Assembly (NCBI RefSeq): GCF_021028975.2
Contig: NC_059430.1
Span: 109,616,001 to 109,680,000, forward strand
DNA: 64,000 nucleotides
Direction of reading: 5' to 3'
Origin: Sphaerodactylus townsendi
Lineage: Eukaryota
The notes below the pieces were generated by a model. That model had not been told where the DNA came from, did not search any database, and saw nothing but the letters and a program-made list of their open reading frames with translations. The position numbers and the translations under genes were made by a program. The first letter of the stretch is position 1. Every line of letters begins with the position of its first letter. Below are positions 11,530-25,123 of the stretch, piece after piece.

Positions 11530-12720
11530 GAGCTGACGTCTGCAAAGAATCACCATCATTTCAGTCTATTTCGGTTGTTTCAGTTCCTTTAATGTTTCAA
11601 GAAGAAAAACTGCCCCATAGGTTCCATAACTTCAACAACACTGAGGAATGGGACGTGGACACATGCAACAAGATGTATCTATGTAACAGACAACAGATTG
11701 ACAGCCCCAATCTTCCCTGCAGACAGAAGGACAAGAATAGCATGGAGAAGGCAGTTCCTTTTTCCCAAGGTGATGTCTGTGCTTATCATGACAACATTCT
11801 GAATAAAATCTGCTATCCAAGGAGGGGTGGTGCTCTTCTGTTCATTGCTACATCGGATTGGAAGTAAAGTGTGATGCTATATTTATCTAAAGATGTCCCC
11901 TGGTTCAGTCCTTTCCTATGAAATAGAGAAGGTAGCTACGTGACTGATGAAAAGAACATCTTCAGAACACGAAGCAAGTCTCTGTTTTGTATCAGAAATG
12001 AAGGTTTTTCATGAAGTTCAGAGAAGTAGGATAGTGATTTTCTTTTAGATTTGTCATGGATAAGACTTATCTATTAAGACTTAAGATGCCAGCGTGCATT
12101 TTCTGTTTCTCAGCTGCAGGTTCAGATAGGCTCCATTAGGTCTCTTTGCGACTGCGAACCTGATCTGAGGAACCAGCCATTGGAGAGTTCAGATTCATCT
12201 ATTTAGCTTCTCCACTCGGAACCAACAGGACTAAAGCAGAAGAGAAGGACCTCTTGGAGTTCAGCACTCCACAAGACTCGTCAAGAGCAGGATAGGTCTC
12301 GTTTTGGCCACAAGGAGGTATTCCTCAGTGGTGCTGTGGCTCAAAAACAAAACCAAACACAATCATGTCTTTCTTGGAAGATAAAGTGGTAGAGGGTGTC
12401 CCAATTTGCACTCTGGTCAGAGCCCTAGCAACTGAGATAAGAATGCAAACTCCATTAAACCCGGTCACTGCAATTTCCTCTGAATATTACAGGGAACATG
12501 TTGGTGAAAGGCTTTCAAAATTGATACATCCTTGGAACTGCACTGCCATCTTGTGGAATGAGCAAGCAACTGCAGTAATTAGACTGGGAAACATCAACTG
12601 GGAGTGAAATATAAATATGGGGGTCTCAGAAAGTGAAGGGGGGCTATTTCAGACATGGTTGAGTCCAGCAATGCTGGAAAGACTCCTGCAACCTGACAGG
12701 CAGGCTCCCCATGTCTGGTA
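11530..12720 (+). mobile_element. Possible highly decayed DIRS-type retrotransposon (gag and pol remnants)
   Basis: Motif echoes recognised by eye: EEW..KMY, QIDSP, KDKNSMEK, a broken RSL..LRT* and VGERLSKLIHPW..AVIRLG, resembling DIRS gag and the pol VGGRL motif. Confidence 0.35.
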
Positions 12721-12959
12721 GAATTGGAATTCACAGGGAAAGCAAGAATGCAACCATGCTGCCTAAAGGGTTAGCAGTTAAGAGCGGTGGACTGTAATTT
12801 GGAGATCAGGCTTTGATTCCCCGCTTCCCCATGAGTGGTGGACTCTAGAGAACTGAGTTTGATTCCCCGCTCCTCCACGTGAAGCCTGCTGTGTGACCGT
12901 GGACCAGTTCACAGCTTTCTCAGAACTCTCTCAGTCCGCACAAGAGGCAGGCAATGGAC

Positions 12960-13222
12960 ACATTGAACATATGGCCATCTGTCAGGAGTGCTTTGATTGT
13001 GTGTTCCTGCATTGCAGGGGGTTGGACTTAGCAGACCAGGTGTTCAGGAGCAGCAGCTGCAGAAGGCCGTTGCTTTCACATCCTGCATGTGAGCTCCCAA
13101 AGGCACCTGGTGGGCCACTGCGAGTAGCAGAGTGCTGGACTAGATGGACTCTGGTCTGATCCAGCAGGCTAGTTCTTATGTACTTGATGGCCCTTGGGAT
13201 CTCTTCCAGCTCTATGATTCTA
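12960..13222 (+). mobile_element. Nested CR1 3' end fragments
   Basis: 13028-13180 matches 10200-10360 and sits inside another CR1-type 3' end finishing ctatgattctat. Confidence 0.7.
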
Positions 13223-14332
13223 TACCCAAATGGGACTTCCAGATGATGGCCTTTCTTATAGGCTTCCCTGTATCACAACAGATGTCCCGTTTGAGGTAAT
13301 GCAAACTAGCGGAAACGAGGACCCTGTGCCAAATGTCTTAGTTGCATCCGCTTAAGCATCCTAAGTAGGAGATTAATTGAATGTGGAATATTTTTCCCAA
13401 CATTATAAAGTTTGAGGCCCAGACACGCGTGTTTAACTTATTTATTTACAAAAATGTGAGCACTTGCATACGGACTTTTGAGTGTTAGCATCTCCTTGCC
13501 CCCAACTCTCTTCAGGTTTCTCTGTTCGTATCTTTGCTCTGTGTACAACGTTCACGCCAGCATTTTCTCTCAGATTCCATTGGTAGCTTGCTCTTCTCAG
13601 CTGTGAGCTTGCCTGAGATATAACAGAAAACTAGTACTTTAAACAATCAGCAAAGAATGAAAGCAACCTAGACGCTGATGTTCCTCACCTAACTTACTGT
13701 CTATCGAAGACCACTGATTCAGCATTCATCCCATGGCAATCTGATGAAGTGCTGGTCGAAACAGGGTGCTGAGCTAGAGGCAAAATTGGTCTGATGAAGC
13801 ATCATTAACATTTATGTTCTTATGTCACATGAAAGAGGAAAAAAAATGTATAGGTGTCTTGTGGTACCTTAATGGGTATATTCTGTCTCACCAAAAGAAA
13901 AAAAAGTAGAATTGTGAATGCATCCGCTGCCACTTCCGCCCACTGCCCCAAAAACCAAGCGGTGGCTACCTTACTGGGCCCAGCACCAGCCCTCCCAAGC
14001 CCTCTCCCCCCCTCCCAAACATCAAGCCTCCCCCCCCCCCACATCAAGCTCACCCAGTGAGGAAGTGGCAACTGCCTTGCCAGACCCAGAAGTAAGCCCC
14101 CTCCCCCTGGCCCAAACACCAAGCCAGGCCTGTCAGCAACAACCCACCCACCCCCAACTCATCACTCTCCTGCTCACAGTCCTTTGGGACTATTTTCTAC
14201 TGAAGAAGCATGCACTTCCACCTCACCACTACTGACTACACTTGGTTCTTTTTGTGAGACAGAGTACAACAAGCTTTTATTCCTACATAAGCTTTTACAA
14301 GTATGAAGCTTATGGAGAGAAAAAATCCCCGC

Positions 14333-14429
14333 ATTAGTCTATAAGGTGCCATAAGATGCACCTTATATTAGTCTATAAGGTGCCATAAGATGCACCTTAC
14401 ATTAGTCTATAAGGTGCCATAAGATGCAC
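14333..14429. repeat. 34-bp tandem repeat, about 3 copies
   Basis: attagtctataaggtgccataagatgcacctta repeated, inside a Penelope-like fragment. Confidence 0.9.
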
Positions 14430-14519
14430 TACTGCAACAGCCTGACTTGGAAACCCCCAAAAACTGTAACCAGAGAGGAAAGTAGTCAAGGCGAGAGAAG
14501 ATCAAAGCATGAATCAGAG

Positions 14520-17500
14520 TTTGCTAGTGGGGTGAAAAGAACTGAATTGCTGCAGTGTTATAAAGGGAAAAGGTAACACTACCCACCTCAGAATAAACAC
14601 AGTCTGCTCCAAAGAGTGGACGGCAACAGTGTCAGTGACAACAGGAAGAATAAAAGGAGGGGAGTCCTGGATATACTGAGATGAGACACCTAATAACAAA
14701 CAGGCAACTGGAGAAGCAGACTGGATTGGAGAGAACTTGGGAGATGGTTTCATCAGATTTTAGGTGGTGCTGGGAGCCATGGGCTTTCTTAGGACAGCCA
14801 AGGGTAGTATATAGAGTCAGAAAGGCAGAAGGTCAAGGACTGGCCATTTACAAGGTAGAAAAAGAGGGCTGCCATCTGGTGGAACACTGAATGAGTGATT
14901 TACACACAGGTAGAAGAGAATCTGCCAAGGTCAGGGAGAAACAGCAAGATTGGTGTTAAATGGCAGGCAGTGGTCAACTATGGCAAAGCTGGCTGTGTCA
15001 GGTGAGGATGGTGTACAGATATAGCCATCAGGAGCTAAACAAAGTATACAACTCTGCAGTCACGTTGACTGCCCATCAGTTACCAGGTTAAATTCAGGTA
15101 AAGGTAGGTAGAGTTAACCTTGAGTCAACAACCTGAGCCCGACTTCCATCTGGATTAGAACTAAGGTCGTGAGCAGAGCTTTTGACTGCAGTACTGAAGC
15201 TTACCACTCTGTCCTACGGGGTTCCTGGTTAAATTTGAGTTACTGTTTATTACTCACACAGCCCTTCGTTGCCTTGGGACCCTCGTATCTACAGGACAGC
15301 ACCTCCCATTATGCTCCATCATGACAGGCTAGTCACAGTTCTCCCGGGATTTTCTCAGCCTCGCCTACCTCACCAGGTGTCTCTTGTGGGGAAGGTGACT
15401 GTAAGCTGCTGTGAGATTCTTTAAAGAAAAGTGAGGTATAAAAACCAACTCTTCTTCGTCAGCTATTCAGACACATCCTTTCTCTGTTAGTTGGCCCCAC
15501 TTTGTGGAACAGCCTGCATGAAGAAGCCAAAAAGACCACCTGTCTGTTATTCTAAACTGTGCAAAACAGCATTCTTTCACAGGGCATTTTATGAAAGGAA
15601 TAAGGCTGAGATATAATGGCATTTCTACAAAGGAAATAAAGCGCTATAATGCAGTGAAGGGCACTTCTATAAGGGAACAGTCCATCCCACATTGTTTTCT
15701 ACTTGTACTGCTTCTAATTTTTTTATAAAGCGGAGTCCTACAGCATTGGATGTTGGATGTCTTTGGATGTTGGATGTCTCACACCAATTAACTGCATTGT
15801 TTTAATTTGTCCAATCCCACTTGGATGTCTCATACCATTTCATCGCATTATCTTAAACTGTCCAGTCCCACTTTGAATGTGAGCGAGAAAGGAGGGCTAT
15901 AAAGTAAATATATGTGGATAAGGACGGTTTATAAGGAGTGAAAGGGCAGAAGCCAGATTACATAGGTTCATGAAGAAACAAAGAGAGGGAGCTCAGACAC
16001 TAAACAGCATGTTCTGGGAATCTAGAGAGAATCTGATCTGTATTCGGGCAAGCAGGATGTATTGAGAGATGGCTTTGGGGAAAGGGGAAGAGGGGACAGT
16101 GGTATGACTGAATGCTTTAGGAAGAAGAAGAGGAGTTGGATTTATATCCCCCTTTTCTCTCCTGCAAGGAGACTCAAAGGGGCTAACAAACTCCTTTCCC
16201 TTCCCCCCCCCTCACAATAAACACCCTGTGAGGTAGGTGGGGCTGAGAGAGCTCAGAAGAACTGTGACTGGCCCAAGGTCACCCAGCTGGCATGTGTTGA
16301 AGTGCACAGGCTAATCTGAATTCCCCAGATATGTTTCCACAGCTCAAGCGGCAGAGCGGGGAATCAAACCCGGTTCCTCCAGATTAGAGGACACCTGCTC
16401 TTAACCACTATGCTACTGCTGCTCTCTAGGGAAGAATCAGGCAAAGCAGCTGGGGAATGACAGGGGAAATGGCAATCAGGAGGACATAAGATCACAAGGG
16501 CATATGGAGGGTCAATATTATGACTGACTGTGTGAGTTGGGAAAAGCAATTAGGAAGTATAAGGCATGCCAAGGGAGGAACAGGATGAGAGCATTCATTT
16601 TATCTCTCAAGGAGGCAAACCTTTTGGCTGAGAGTGAAAAGGCAGGAAGTGGTAGGGTAGGCCACAATAAGACTTTGAAGATGAGAAAGAGGCTCTGTGG
16701 ATTCCTATATAGACTTGGAAGGGATCAAGAATCTGTAGTTCTGTTAGCTAGCGAAATAAAGGCAAAGAGAGGATGGATTTATAGTGGACGAAACCAGTTT
16801 TAAACTGATTGAGGTCAGGTCATGAACCAAATGAGCCAGGTGGGGAAATGGTTCATTGGAGAACTGAGTCTAGACCAGGGGTCTGCAACCTGCAGCTCTC
16901 CAGATGTTCATGAACTACAATTCCCATCAGCCCCTGTCAGCATGGCCAGTTGGTCTAGAAGGGGAAGGAGGAGTTGCAGGTGACCGGGCTTCCAAGACCA
17001 CTGACGCAATGAGGCACTGCAGGCCACGGAATGAGTGGGACGACTGGGTAGGGATAGGCTGAGCCATGCTGAAGCAGAGAGAGTGATAAGCCAGAAGGCA
17101 TCCCATAGCAGAGGAGTCAGAAAGAAAACATAAAGCAAGCTGCTCTTAGTGAATATGATATCTAGGAGGTACAGATTGATGAAGGAGGAAAACAGCTGGG
17201 ATGGAGGAATTATCATTCTCAGGTGGGAATGTGAACCAACCATCAAGGTCTGATACGAAGACAAAGTGGGGTGGGGAGAAGAGAGGACATAAAGAGAGTT
17301 GCAGAGAGCTGCACACAAAGAAATGAACTTGAAAGGAACAGGGTGGGGGAATAGGCAAAAGGCAACCAACAGCACCTCTTGCAGCCTTCAGGGCCAGGGT
17401 GGTGGATCCATGAAGACAAGGAAGCCGAGAGAAAGGGCAGAAACAATGTCAGTGACAGAGGGGAAGAGCAAGGTTTGAAGTAGTGGTGGCTAGCAGGAGG

Positions 17501-17550
17501 CTCTGTGGCAGGAAAAGGAAATAGAGAGTGATAGAGAAACAACGGCACAA
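14520..17550 (-). mobile_element. Degenerate L2-type LINE ORF2, interrupted by younger insertions
   Basis: Purine-rich + strand; minus translation near 14970-15003 gives PDTASFAIVDH, resembling the L2 RT motif LDLSAAFDTVDH; many stops; SINE and MITE insertions at 15097, 16121 and 16876. Confidence 0.55.
16121..16425 (-). mobile_element. tRNA-derived SINE (Squam3-like), full length
   Basis: Head (revcomp) gcagcagtagcatagtggttaagagc; (CTT)n tail. Confidence 0.75.
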
Positions 17551-19900
17551 TAAGAAGTGAACAGGGGAGCGACAACTGGAGGTGCTATTCTGGAGACACA
17601 GTCTGTGTGCTAGAAACAAGGCCGAGATAAAGGAAAGAGAAAGGTGGGAAAGGTGACTTGTTGACTAAATGGAGCTTCCACAGATACCTTCAAGTACAAA
17701 TGCTGTGAACGGATGCCAGGGTATACTTCCCACCTTCCGTGCTTTCCAGACTGGTGGACTAAAGCAACGATCTCCAATTTTCCCAGAAATTTCATCCACA
17801 GGCATTTGTGTGCTATCCACTGAACAGGCAGCAGCTAGTCAGAATGAGGAAACAGAATGAGGAACCAAAATGCCTGCCCATGCTGAAAAGCAGTTTCTTC
17901 CATCGTTGACTGACTTCACGCACTACATATGAGTATAGAAGTAAGCCTCCCAAAAATGTCAAAAAAGGGCAGCTGTATATAGGCTCATGACCCAGCAGAC
18001 TCCTGGGTTGAATACCACTGGACTAGATGAATGAGGGTCTAACACAGCAAGGCAATTCTAAAGGGGGGTTCGGTGCTCAGGGTGCCAAATACATCCCACC
18101 CCCACTTCCTCTTGATCATACATTGCCCTGTTCCTGCAGTTGCTTGAATAAAGACTCCACGTTACATCCCGTGCTACAGACCTGAGGATCAGAACAATCA
18201 AAAGAAAGCCACACATTGTACTTCCAACAAAAAGCTCATTCATTAAAATGTGCAGTTGGGCCAAAGATGAGCCTGGTTTTAGAAGAAGGCAGGCTCAAAA
18301 TTCTTTAAAAATAAATAAAAATGGCACACACAATACTGTTAAATTGCACATGACCAACTATCATAAGGTTTGAATGCCAGGAACAGCTGGAAGTTAGAAA
18401 GAGCACCTGTTACAATTAGCAGCCTCTGCAACTAAAACCTTTCCCAGGAATAATGAATCTTGAAACTCTCTGCCCCTAGTCGGAAACAGAAACTGGTGAA
18501 CATTCAGAAAAGACCAACTGGAAGGAAATGCACTCTGTTGATGCACCCCAAAGGGAGCATGAATCACATGAAAGTGCCTTCCCTTCCAAATTAGGTTTCT
18601 CAAACCCCAGACTGCACCATCTTCACACAGACATCTGTCCTGAGACCTTGGAACAGAGAAACATTATGAACCACAGGAAAAAGGACCAACAACCTCTTTA
18701 CAAATCAAGGTCACAGAGATAGTTCATGTACTCAGATGCAAGTTGTCATTCTAGGAAAGCTGGCATCAAGGAATTAAGGGAAAGTTTTTGGAACTTGCCA
18801 ACCATTGGGTGGGGGAAGAGGGGGGAGTATTTTTTCTTGTCTGGTGACCAACTGATGTTGGTCTGGTGACCAACTGGTGACCAACTGGTGACCAGCCAGG
18901 CTGGTCTATGCTTGGTGGAAGCTGCCTAGCAGAACTTCACCCTTAAATTTGTACGACGTGTGCCTTCAAAACCAAAAATACAACAAGTACCGAAAGTCCA
19001 GAGAAGTCAATCATGACTGAGGAAAGTCCAGAGAAGTCAATCAGGACTGAGGAAAATGCAAGTTGTTTTAGTAAAGAAGCAGCTTCAGGAACAGGAAGAG
19101 GAATTGTTGCCAGCTACATTCACCAGCTCATCACCAACCTTTAGAATCCAAGACAAACATTCTAACCCCATTCTAAGCAACAGAACTAAGATGACTGATT
19201 CTTGTCTTTATCATAATCTCAAACAAAGAGCAAATTATAAAAGATGTGCAGGCTTCTCAGCCCTGTTGCTCTATGGGTTCTGTTGGACTTAAACCGAGGA
19301 GGGCTGGCACAACTTGGCATGGCATGGCATGGCAATTTCAAGTTCACGGAACAAGGAATTATTATTTTTTAAGATGTTACAGCAAAATATTATTATTTTT
19401 TAAGATGTTACAGCAAAATATGATTAAACAAAAAGAACCAGGTGGAATGTTTCAAACTGTGCTAAACTAAGCCATGAGGTGTAATGTTTCAGCTTCTGAA
19501 CTTTATGAAGTCCCAAACTTTTTTTTCTTTTTCTTTTCTTTTTCTTTTTGGAAAGGCAAATGGTCTAACACTACTTAGGTTTAAACATACAAGGATCCTG
19601 AGCATGTGTCAGTTCAGCTCAGCTCTGGAATATTCCATGCTCTATCAAGGGAGATGGTTCAGGTGAAGGAGACTTTTTACTCCCAAGAGCCACCACATGG
19701 AAGACAGAAGCTGCCGCTCCCAGTCCTGAGGGCTTAGCAGCCTTCTGCTTGTACCACACCCAGCTCCAAAAGGCAAGGGTTTCTCTTCTCGTTCAGAATG
19801 CACACAGAAACGTATGCAGCCAGTCCCTCTTGGCCACTCACCCCCTATACAAACACACCAGGGGCGGGCGAGCACTTGGCCGTCCAAGGTTTGGTCTCCC

Positions 19901-20052
19901 CTAGACTGCGTTTCTAGGGGTGCCGTTATGAGTCACTGCTTTTAGACTGGACATATTTGCTTGATGGTTGCAGAAGCGATGGGAGGAAACACCCACTTCA
20001 AAGACCTCATGGATGGCCTTGCGGAAGCAGTGGAAATTGTAGTCTATTAAAC
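19901..20052 (-). CDS. RRAGC: Ras-related GTP-binding protein C, exon 7 (last coding)
   Basis: GLIDYNFHCFRKAIHEVFEV...NGTPRNAV*; AG acceptor 20053-20054; stop TAG 19901-19903. Confidence 0.97.
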
Positions 20053-21190
20053 CTGCGGGAAGAAAAGGAACAACCACAGATTTCAGTGCAGAGAAGCAGA
20101 GCATGATTTCTCGCATTCTGACTCAGCTCATGATTTACTAGGCAATTTCCCATAATTATATCTATGTGGTAAAAAGGGACAGAAAGGTATTTTGTACAGC
20201 AGTAGTTACAAGACCCAGAACTGAATACTGGTCAGAGATTCCACAGATTGCTAAGCTCCTTGTAACGTGTACAGCTAACCTCATCAGGCTCAGAGATGCC
20301 TTGGAAATACCAAACAGTCACAAAGCGCCCATACTTTCCCCGAAACTCAGGCTGACAATCTAAGTCAGCCATGAACAGTTTACAGCAACAAATGTCAAAC
20401 CTTAACAGGACGAAAAGGAACACCATGTTAAATGCTGCCACATGCTGCAATCCAACATTCCCGCAAAATTCTCAAGATCCAACTTGGTTTACGTCTGAAA
20501 TGGAACTGCTTTAATAAAGACAGCTCAGACAGATTCAGTAGAGTTGCAAGTGCCTGTTTTATACGCCGGCAAATCAACCAGAATGCTTTTGGAGTGCTGA
20601 AAAAGGACTGTGAATTTGCTGCCGCATATTTAGAGCATGAAAGTCCCCAAAGCTTCCAAAACACATCGAGTCAAGTCAAGGGTGAATCAGAAGGCATTCT
20701 GAAGTATTCACGTGAGCAGAACACCACCCCTCATCATCACCTTTCTCGAGGAGAAATCATGTTTCCACCTCTGATGAAGAATTAAAAGGTACCTAAATAT
20801 GCCGGGTATAATATTCTGGAGCACCTAGGTGAATCACTTCTTTTTAAGAAATGCCTTGCTCTGACTTGTTGCCACTGGTTCATCTGTCCAGTTTTTTCTT
20901 CTTCTCACAACTCTGTTGTAACAATATGAGCCTGCCCAGGTTTATACTGTGACTCAGAAACACTGGCTTTCACTACAGCTACACAGACATTGGTTAGAAG
21001 GCGAAGAGTACAGCATGAGTTATTCTTTTTTGGCGCTAGCCCGACCTGGTGGAAAGCTCAGTCAAATGAGACCCAGGCCCTAAAAGGCCGGTAAGGTGAA
21101 ACTATTTCGCCAGACCTATGGTTAGGGACAGCACCAGCATGTTCCATTGCGTCTGGCCTCCCTGTCCCCGCCCATTTGATTTTTCTAGCC

Positions 21191-21449
21191 CTGGGGTCTG
21201 CAACCTGCGGCTCTGGAGCCGCATGCGGTTCTTTCAGCCTTATACTGCAGCTCCACGTGGCCTGCAGGTCAGAGGGTAGCATGGGCATGTCCCTCCAGCC
21301 CTCCAGAGCAGCGCTGGAAGGAAAGGTGAGTGGAGGGGCCGAACCGGAGGAGGCTCCTTGCAGAGCCGCCTCTGTGGCTCGGTAGATCTTTGGGGCCATG
21401 GAAAACGGGTCCAAACGGCTCTTTGGGTGGTGAAGGTTGCCGACCCCTG
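21191..21449. mobile_element. hAT (Charlie-like) MITE in RRAGC intron 6
   Basis: TIRs ctggggtctgcaacct / aggttgccgacccctg; perfect TSD TTCTAGCC. Confidence 0.85.
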
Positions 21450-21733
21450 TTCTAGCCTTTCCTTTTTCCCTCTTCCTTTCTCATACCCCACCCTGCTTAG
21501 GTAGATTTACCTTATAGCGCCATTGAAGTTTTAATAGTACAGGATTTTAAATTGTTTTTTGTAAGCCACCCTGAGCCCACTGTTGGGGAAGGGCAGCATA
21601 TAAACCAAATAATAAATAACTAAATAAAAAAATAAAGAGTTGGAAGAAGCTGTGACCTGAGGGGGAACCCCCCCCCCCCCCAGCAACCTGCAAATGCCAT
21701 TTAGCCAATTAACAAAAAGATCTTTTTCCTCAC

Positions 21734-21882
21734 CTTTACGTTCAAAGCTTTCCTCTCGGAGGATGCACACCAAGGCCAGAAACTTGGTCACTTCTTTCAA
21801 ATACAGAACAGTCGTGTTATTTAGTTTGATAATTGCCATGGACTCCTTGTCGTAAGCGCTTCCGCTGCCGTCCTCTTTTAGC
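21734..21882 (-). CDS. RRAGC: RRAGC exon 6
   Basis: [49 protein letters not shown]; 149 nt; AG/GT. Confidence 0.97.
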
Positions 21883-22489
21883 CTACAGCAGTTTGGGGGG
21901 GGAGGAGCTGTTCACCACGCATTTCAACTCTGGGATTTCAACGCAGCATTTTTTGTAGTTTGAGTGGTTTGACCACATTAAAGAGTGAAAGTCACTAGAT
22001 GGGTCAAGGGATTGCCAGTTCACTGAGCAAACTCTGAAGAAGCCACTCAATTACTACAGAGGCACCTTATGAGTAACATTTGGGTAGAAAAGACAATGTT
22101 ATGACTATGAACTCTAATGAAGACCTCTGGGGAATGCAAAAGCTACACACTGTTATGTGTCACTGGGTTGATCCTAATAAAGGTATTGCATGGATGGTGT
22201 TTTGGGCTTCCACTTTTAGATAAACATGGCTGTGAACAAAAGTCTATAAGGCCAGCCTTATAAACTATAAACTATAAGACTATAAACAAAAGACTAAGGC
22301 CAGCCAAGCTATGCTATCCAAGGTACCACACAGAACCCCATCACCACCATCCCAAATCATAACATATTTTCAACATAAAAACTTCTGTTCATTGCAAATT
22401 GTTATAACACACACACACAATGACATGAAATTGTCATCATCCTTAAGGTGAGCCTATTTTTCATCCAATTGCAGTACAACATCCAGAAG

Positions 22490-22670
22490 ATGGTTTCAGG
22501 TGAGCAGCCGTGTTGGTCAGCAGCAGAAGAGAGAATCTGAATCCAGAAGCACCTTAAAGGCCAACAAGATTTCTAGGATATACATTTTTGAGCGTCAAAG
22601 TTCCTGACAGGTATCTGATGAAGGGAATTCTGACTCTGGAAATCTCGTTGGTCTTTAAGGTGCTCCTATA
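22490..22670. mobile_element. Penelope-like inverted-repeat fragment
   Basis: Arms agcaccttaaaggccaac / gttggtctttaaggtgct; related pieces near 2170, 14250 and 51390. Confidence 0.5.
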
Positions 22671-23248
22671 ATCTAGGTCTTCCAGCACCCAAAAGAGGAT
22701 CAATTCCTGACAGATGCAGAACACTGACTAAAACTTTTGAATAGCACCAGTCAAATTCTGGCTGATGCAGCTGAAACTGAAGGAACGCAACTTTAATTCT
22801 CCAAGTCCCACTGCTCAACCTCATCAGCATTCCATGATTGAAATTTGTATTGCCCACCTTGAGGGTGCTCTGAAAAAGATAGCAGTTTGCATTATGATCT
22901 TCTCCTGCATCAAGACTGGTCAGTCACTTCTCCATAGGTGAAGCCCGGGGGGGTTCTGCTATAGCCAACCTTTCTGTGGGTCTCACTCATTCCTGTGAGA
23001 TCTGAATCCAGCTCCTCATGCTACAGTAGAAGTTGAGTTTGCAATAAAACAGCTCACCTATGAAATACAACTTGACACCATCTGGCCCAGGATTCATTAC
23101 AACCAAGCCAATAAGTTCACATCACTGTCCCAACCTCTGAAGTGATGAAGGAGCTACAATCTCTGACAGTGCAGGAAACCACAGACTCGTCTTCAAGTGT
23201 TTCTGAACCATTCTTAAGTGGTTTTGGAAATATGGTGTTGTCACTCAC

Positions 23249-23391
23249 CCATATATACAAGAAACATCAATGACGACATCAATCATGTCGCAGCAGAGTT
23301 CATACGACTGCATGTCCACGGGGGAGCTGTCAGTGGCTATATAAATCTTGCTGACGACATCAAAGAGGAAAGCTTTCTCGATCCCTGAATT
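23249..23391 (-). CDS. RRAGC: RRAGC exon 5
   Basis: [48 protein letters not shown]; 143 nt; AG/GT. Confidence 0.97.
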
Positions 23392-25123
23392 CTTTAAAGA
23401 AAGGACACCCAGATTCAGTTCTGTGAACATTCAGATCTTACACGTGCAACAGCTCGACAGTAACAACATTCAGAGTAGCCAACAAGATAGAAATGGGGTA
23501 ATTGTTTCACTCACTGAAAAGAACCAGGTGGGTGCAGAGATTGTCCTTCCATCACTGCCCTGAAGAGGGCAGATTCACATCCTCCTTGCACTGGGCATGT
23601 AAAGGTGATGGCATGGTAAAAAAAAACATGAATTTGGGGGGTGGGGGGTTTCCTACAATGTTTTCCAATTTTTTAAATGGAAAAATTAGACATTTTGAAC
23701 CATATACAGAAGAATCTTATTTTCATTTATTTTAACCTTTAATGGCATATACAGAAGAATCTTATTAAATTTTTTGTAGTTAGATTTTTAATAGACTGGA
23801 ACATATACTTAAAGACTTGGATCCCCAGGAGTATTTCCATGGGGGAGGGGAGGGAATTCTGCCTGCAAAAGCATGACTTTCCCACTTTCCTGCTCCCCAG
23901 ATATGCTGCTCATGGAAGGCATTTTGATCTGCAGTGGAAGATGGGGAGGACAAGGTCTCTGAGGGCATAAATCCTGTTACCACAGAAACATTCCTGCAGA
24001 TCCAAGCCACTGTTTAAAGGTGATTAATTTTTTCCACACTATTCTGTAATATGTATGGTAATATTATTCATGGTTTTCAACTTTATTAGTTTAACGTGAT
24101 AACCAAGCATGCTGCTTAGTCCTATTATGACTGTATGAGGCTGTTTATGTCCTGGTAATGCACCATTTACTTTACCAGATTTGTATTTTCTATTTTCAAC
24201 ACTATGTTTTTCTACCCCACAAATAACCAAAATTAAGGTACATGTTAAAGTAGCACTATGGCAGATTAATGCTCTTTCCTTTTAATGCTCTTTTCCTTTC
24301 ATTTATTATTGGATGTTTTTGCAATTTTGCTTGTAGAAAACTACAGTATTTATGGTTTTATATTTAAACAGCTTGCCATATACTACAATGTTATACACTA
24401 ACTATAACATTTTGTGTTGTTACAGTTGTACAACATGTTTAGGCTTGCTAAGTATTGCATGCATTTCAATCCCTCCCCCTTTTTTTCTAAGTTTGCCCCC
24501 GCCCCCGCTTTATACTGACAAGTGCTTTTGTGGATCACTGGTTAGTTAACTCATCCAATCACACACTCGGTCTGACATATCTTGTATCAACACATGAAAC
24601 TGCCATTCACCGAATTAAACCTTCTGGCCATCTCAGTCCAATATGGAATATTCTGATGGGCAGCAATCTAAGGGCCTGAGGCAGAGAACGTTCTCTCTTT
24701 ACACAAGCTACTTGGGATCCTTGAACCAAAGATACCAGGAATTTTCTATATCCAGAACATGTGAGCTCTACCACTGGGCAATGGCCTAAACTCTATAAAG
24801 ATGTCATAAGAATAAAGGGAGCGACTTAGAGCATGTCACCCACAGAATCCTAAATGAAGAGTGGAACAAAGATCTCCATCAGAAGTAATGGGCACCTTTA
24901 TACTTTTCAGATTTTCTAGCTGGTCAAAAATAAGAGTATAACACCAAAGCAGAAGGCTGAGATTCTAACCAAAAATATATCAGCTATTTAGTACTTGCCA
25001 TCAAGATGTCCCAACTAATCATACATCATCACTAACAATTTTGGCCATCTTTACTGAATACATGTGTTTCTATTTGAGTTACTATTTCAATTCGGCTGCA
25101 ACATTTAATAAACCACTGCTTAC

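Noticed and set aside
13696-13765. Hammerhead ribozyme (CTGATGA...CGAAACAG with upstream CTGTC)
   Set aside because: Helix I cannot pair next to the cleavage site and helix II has only one base pair
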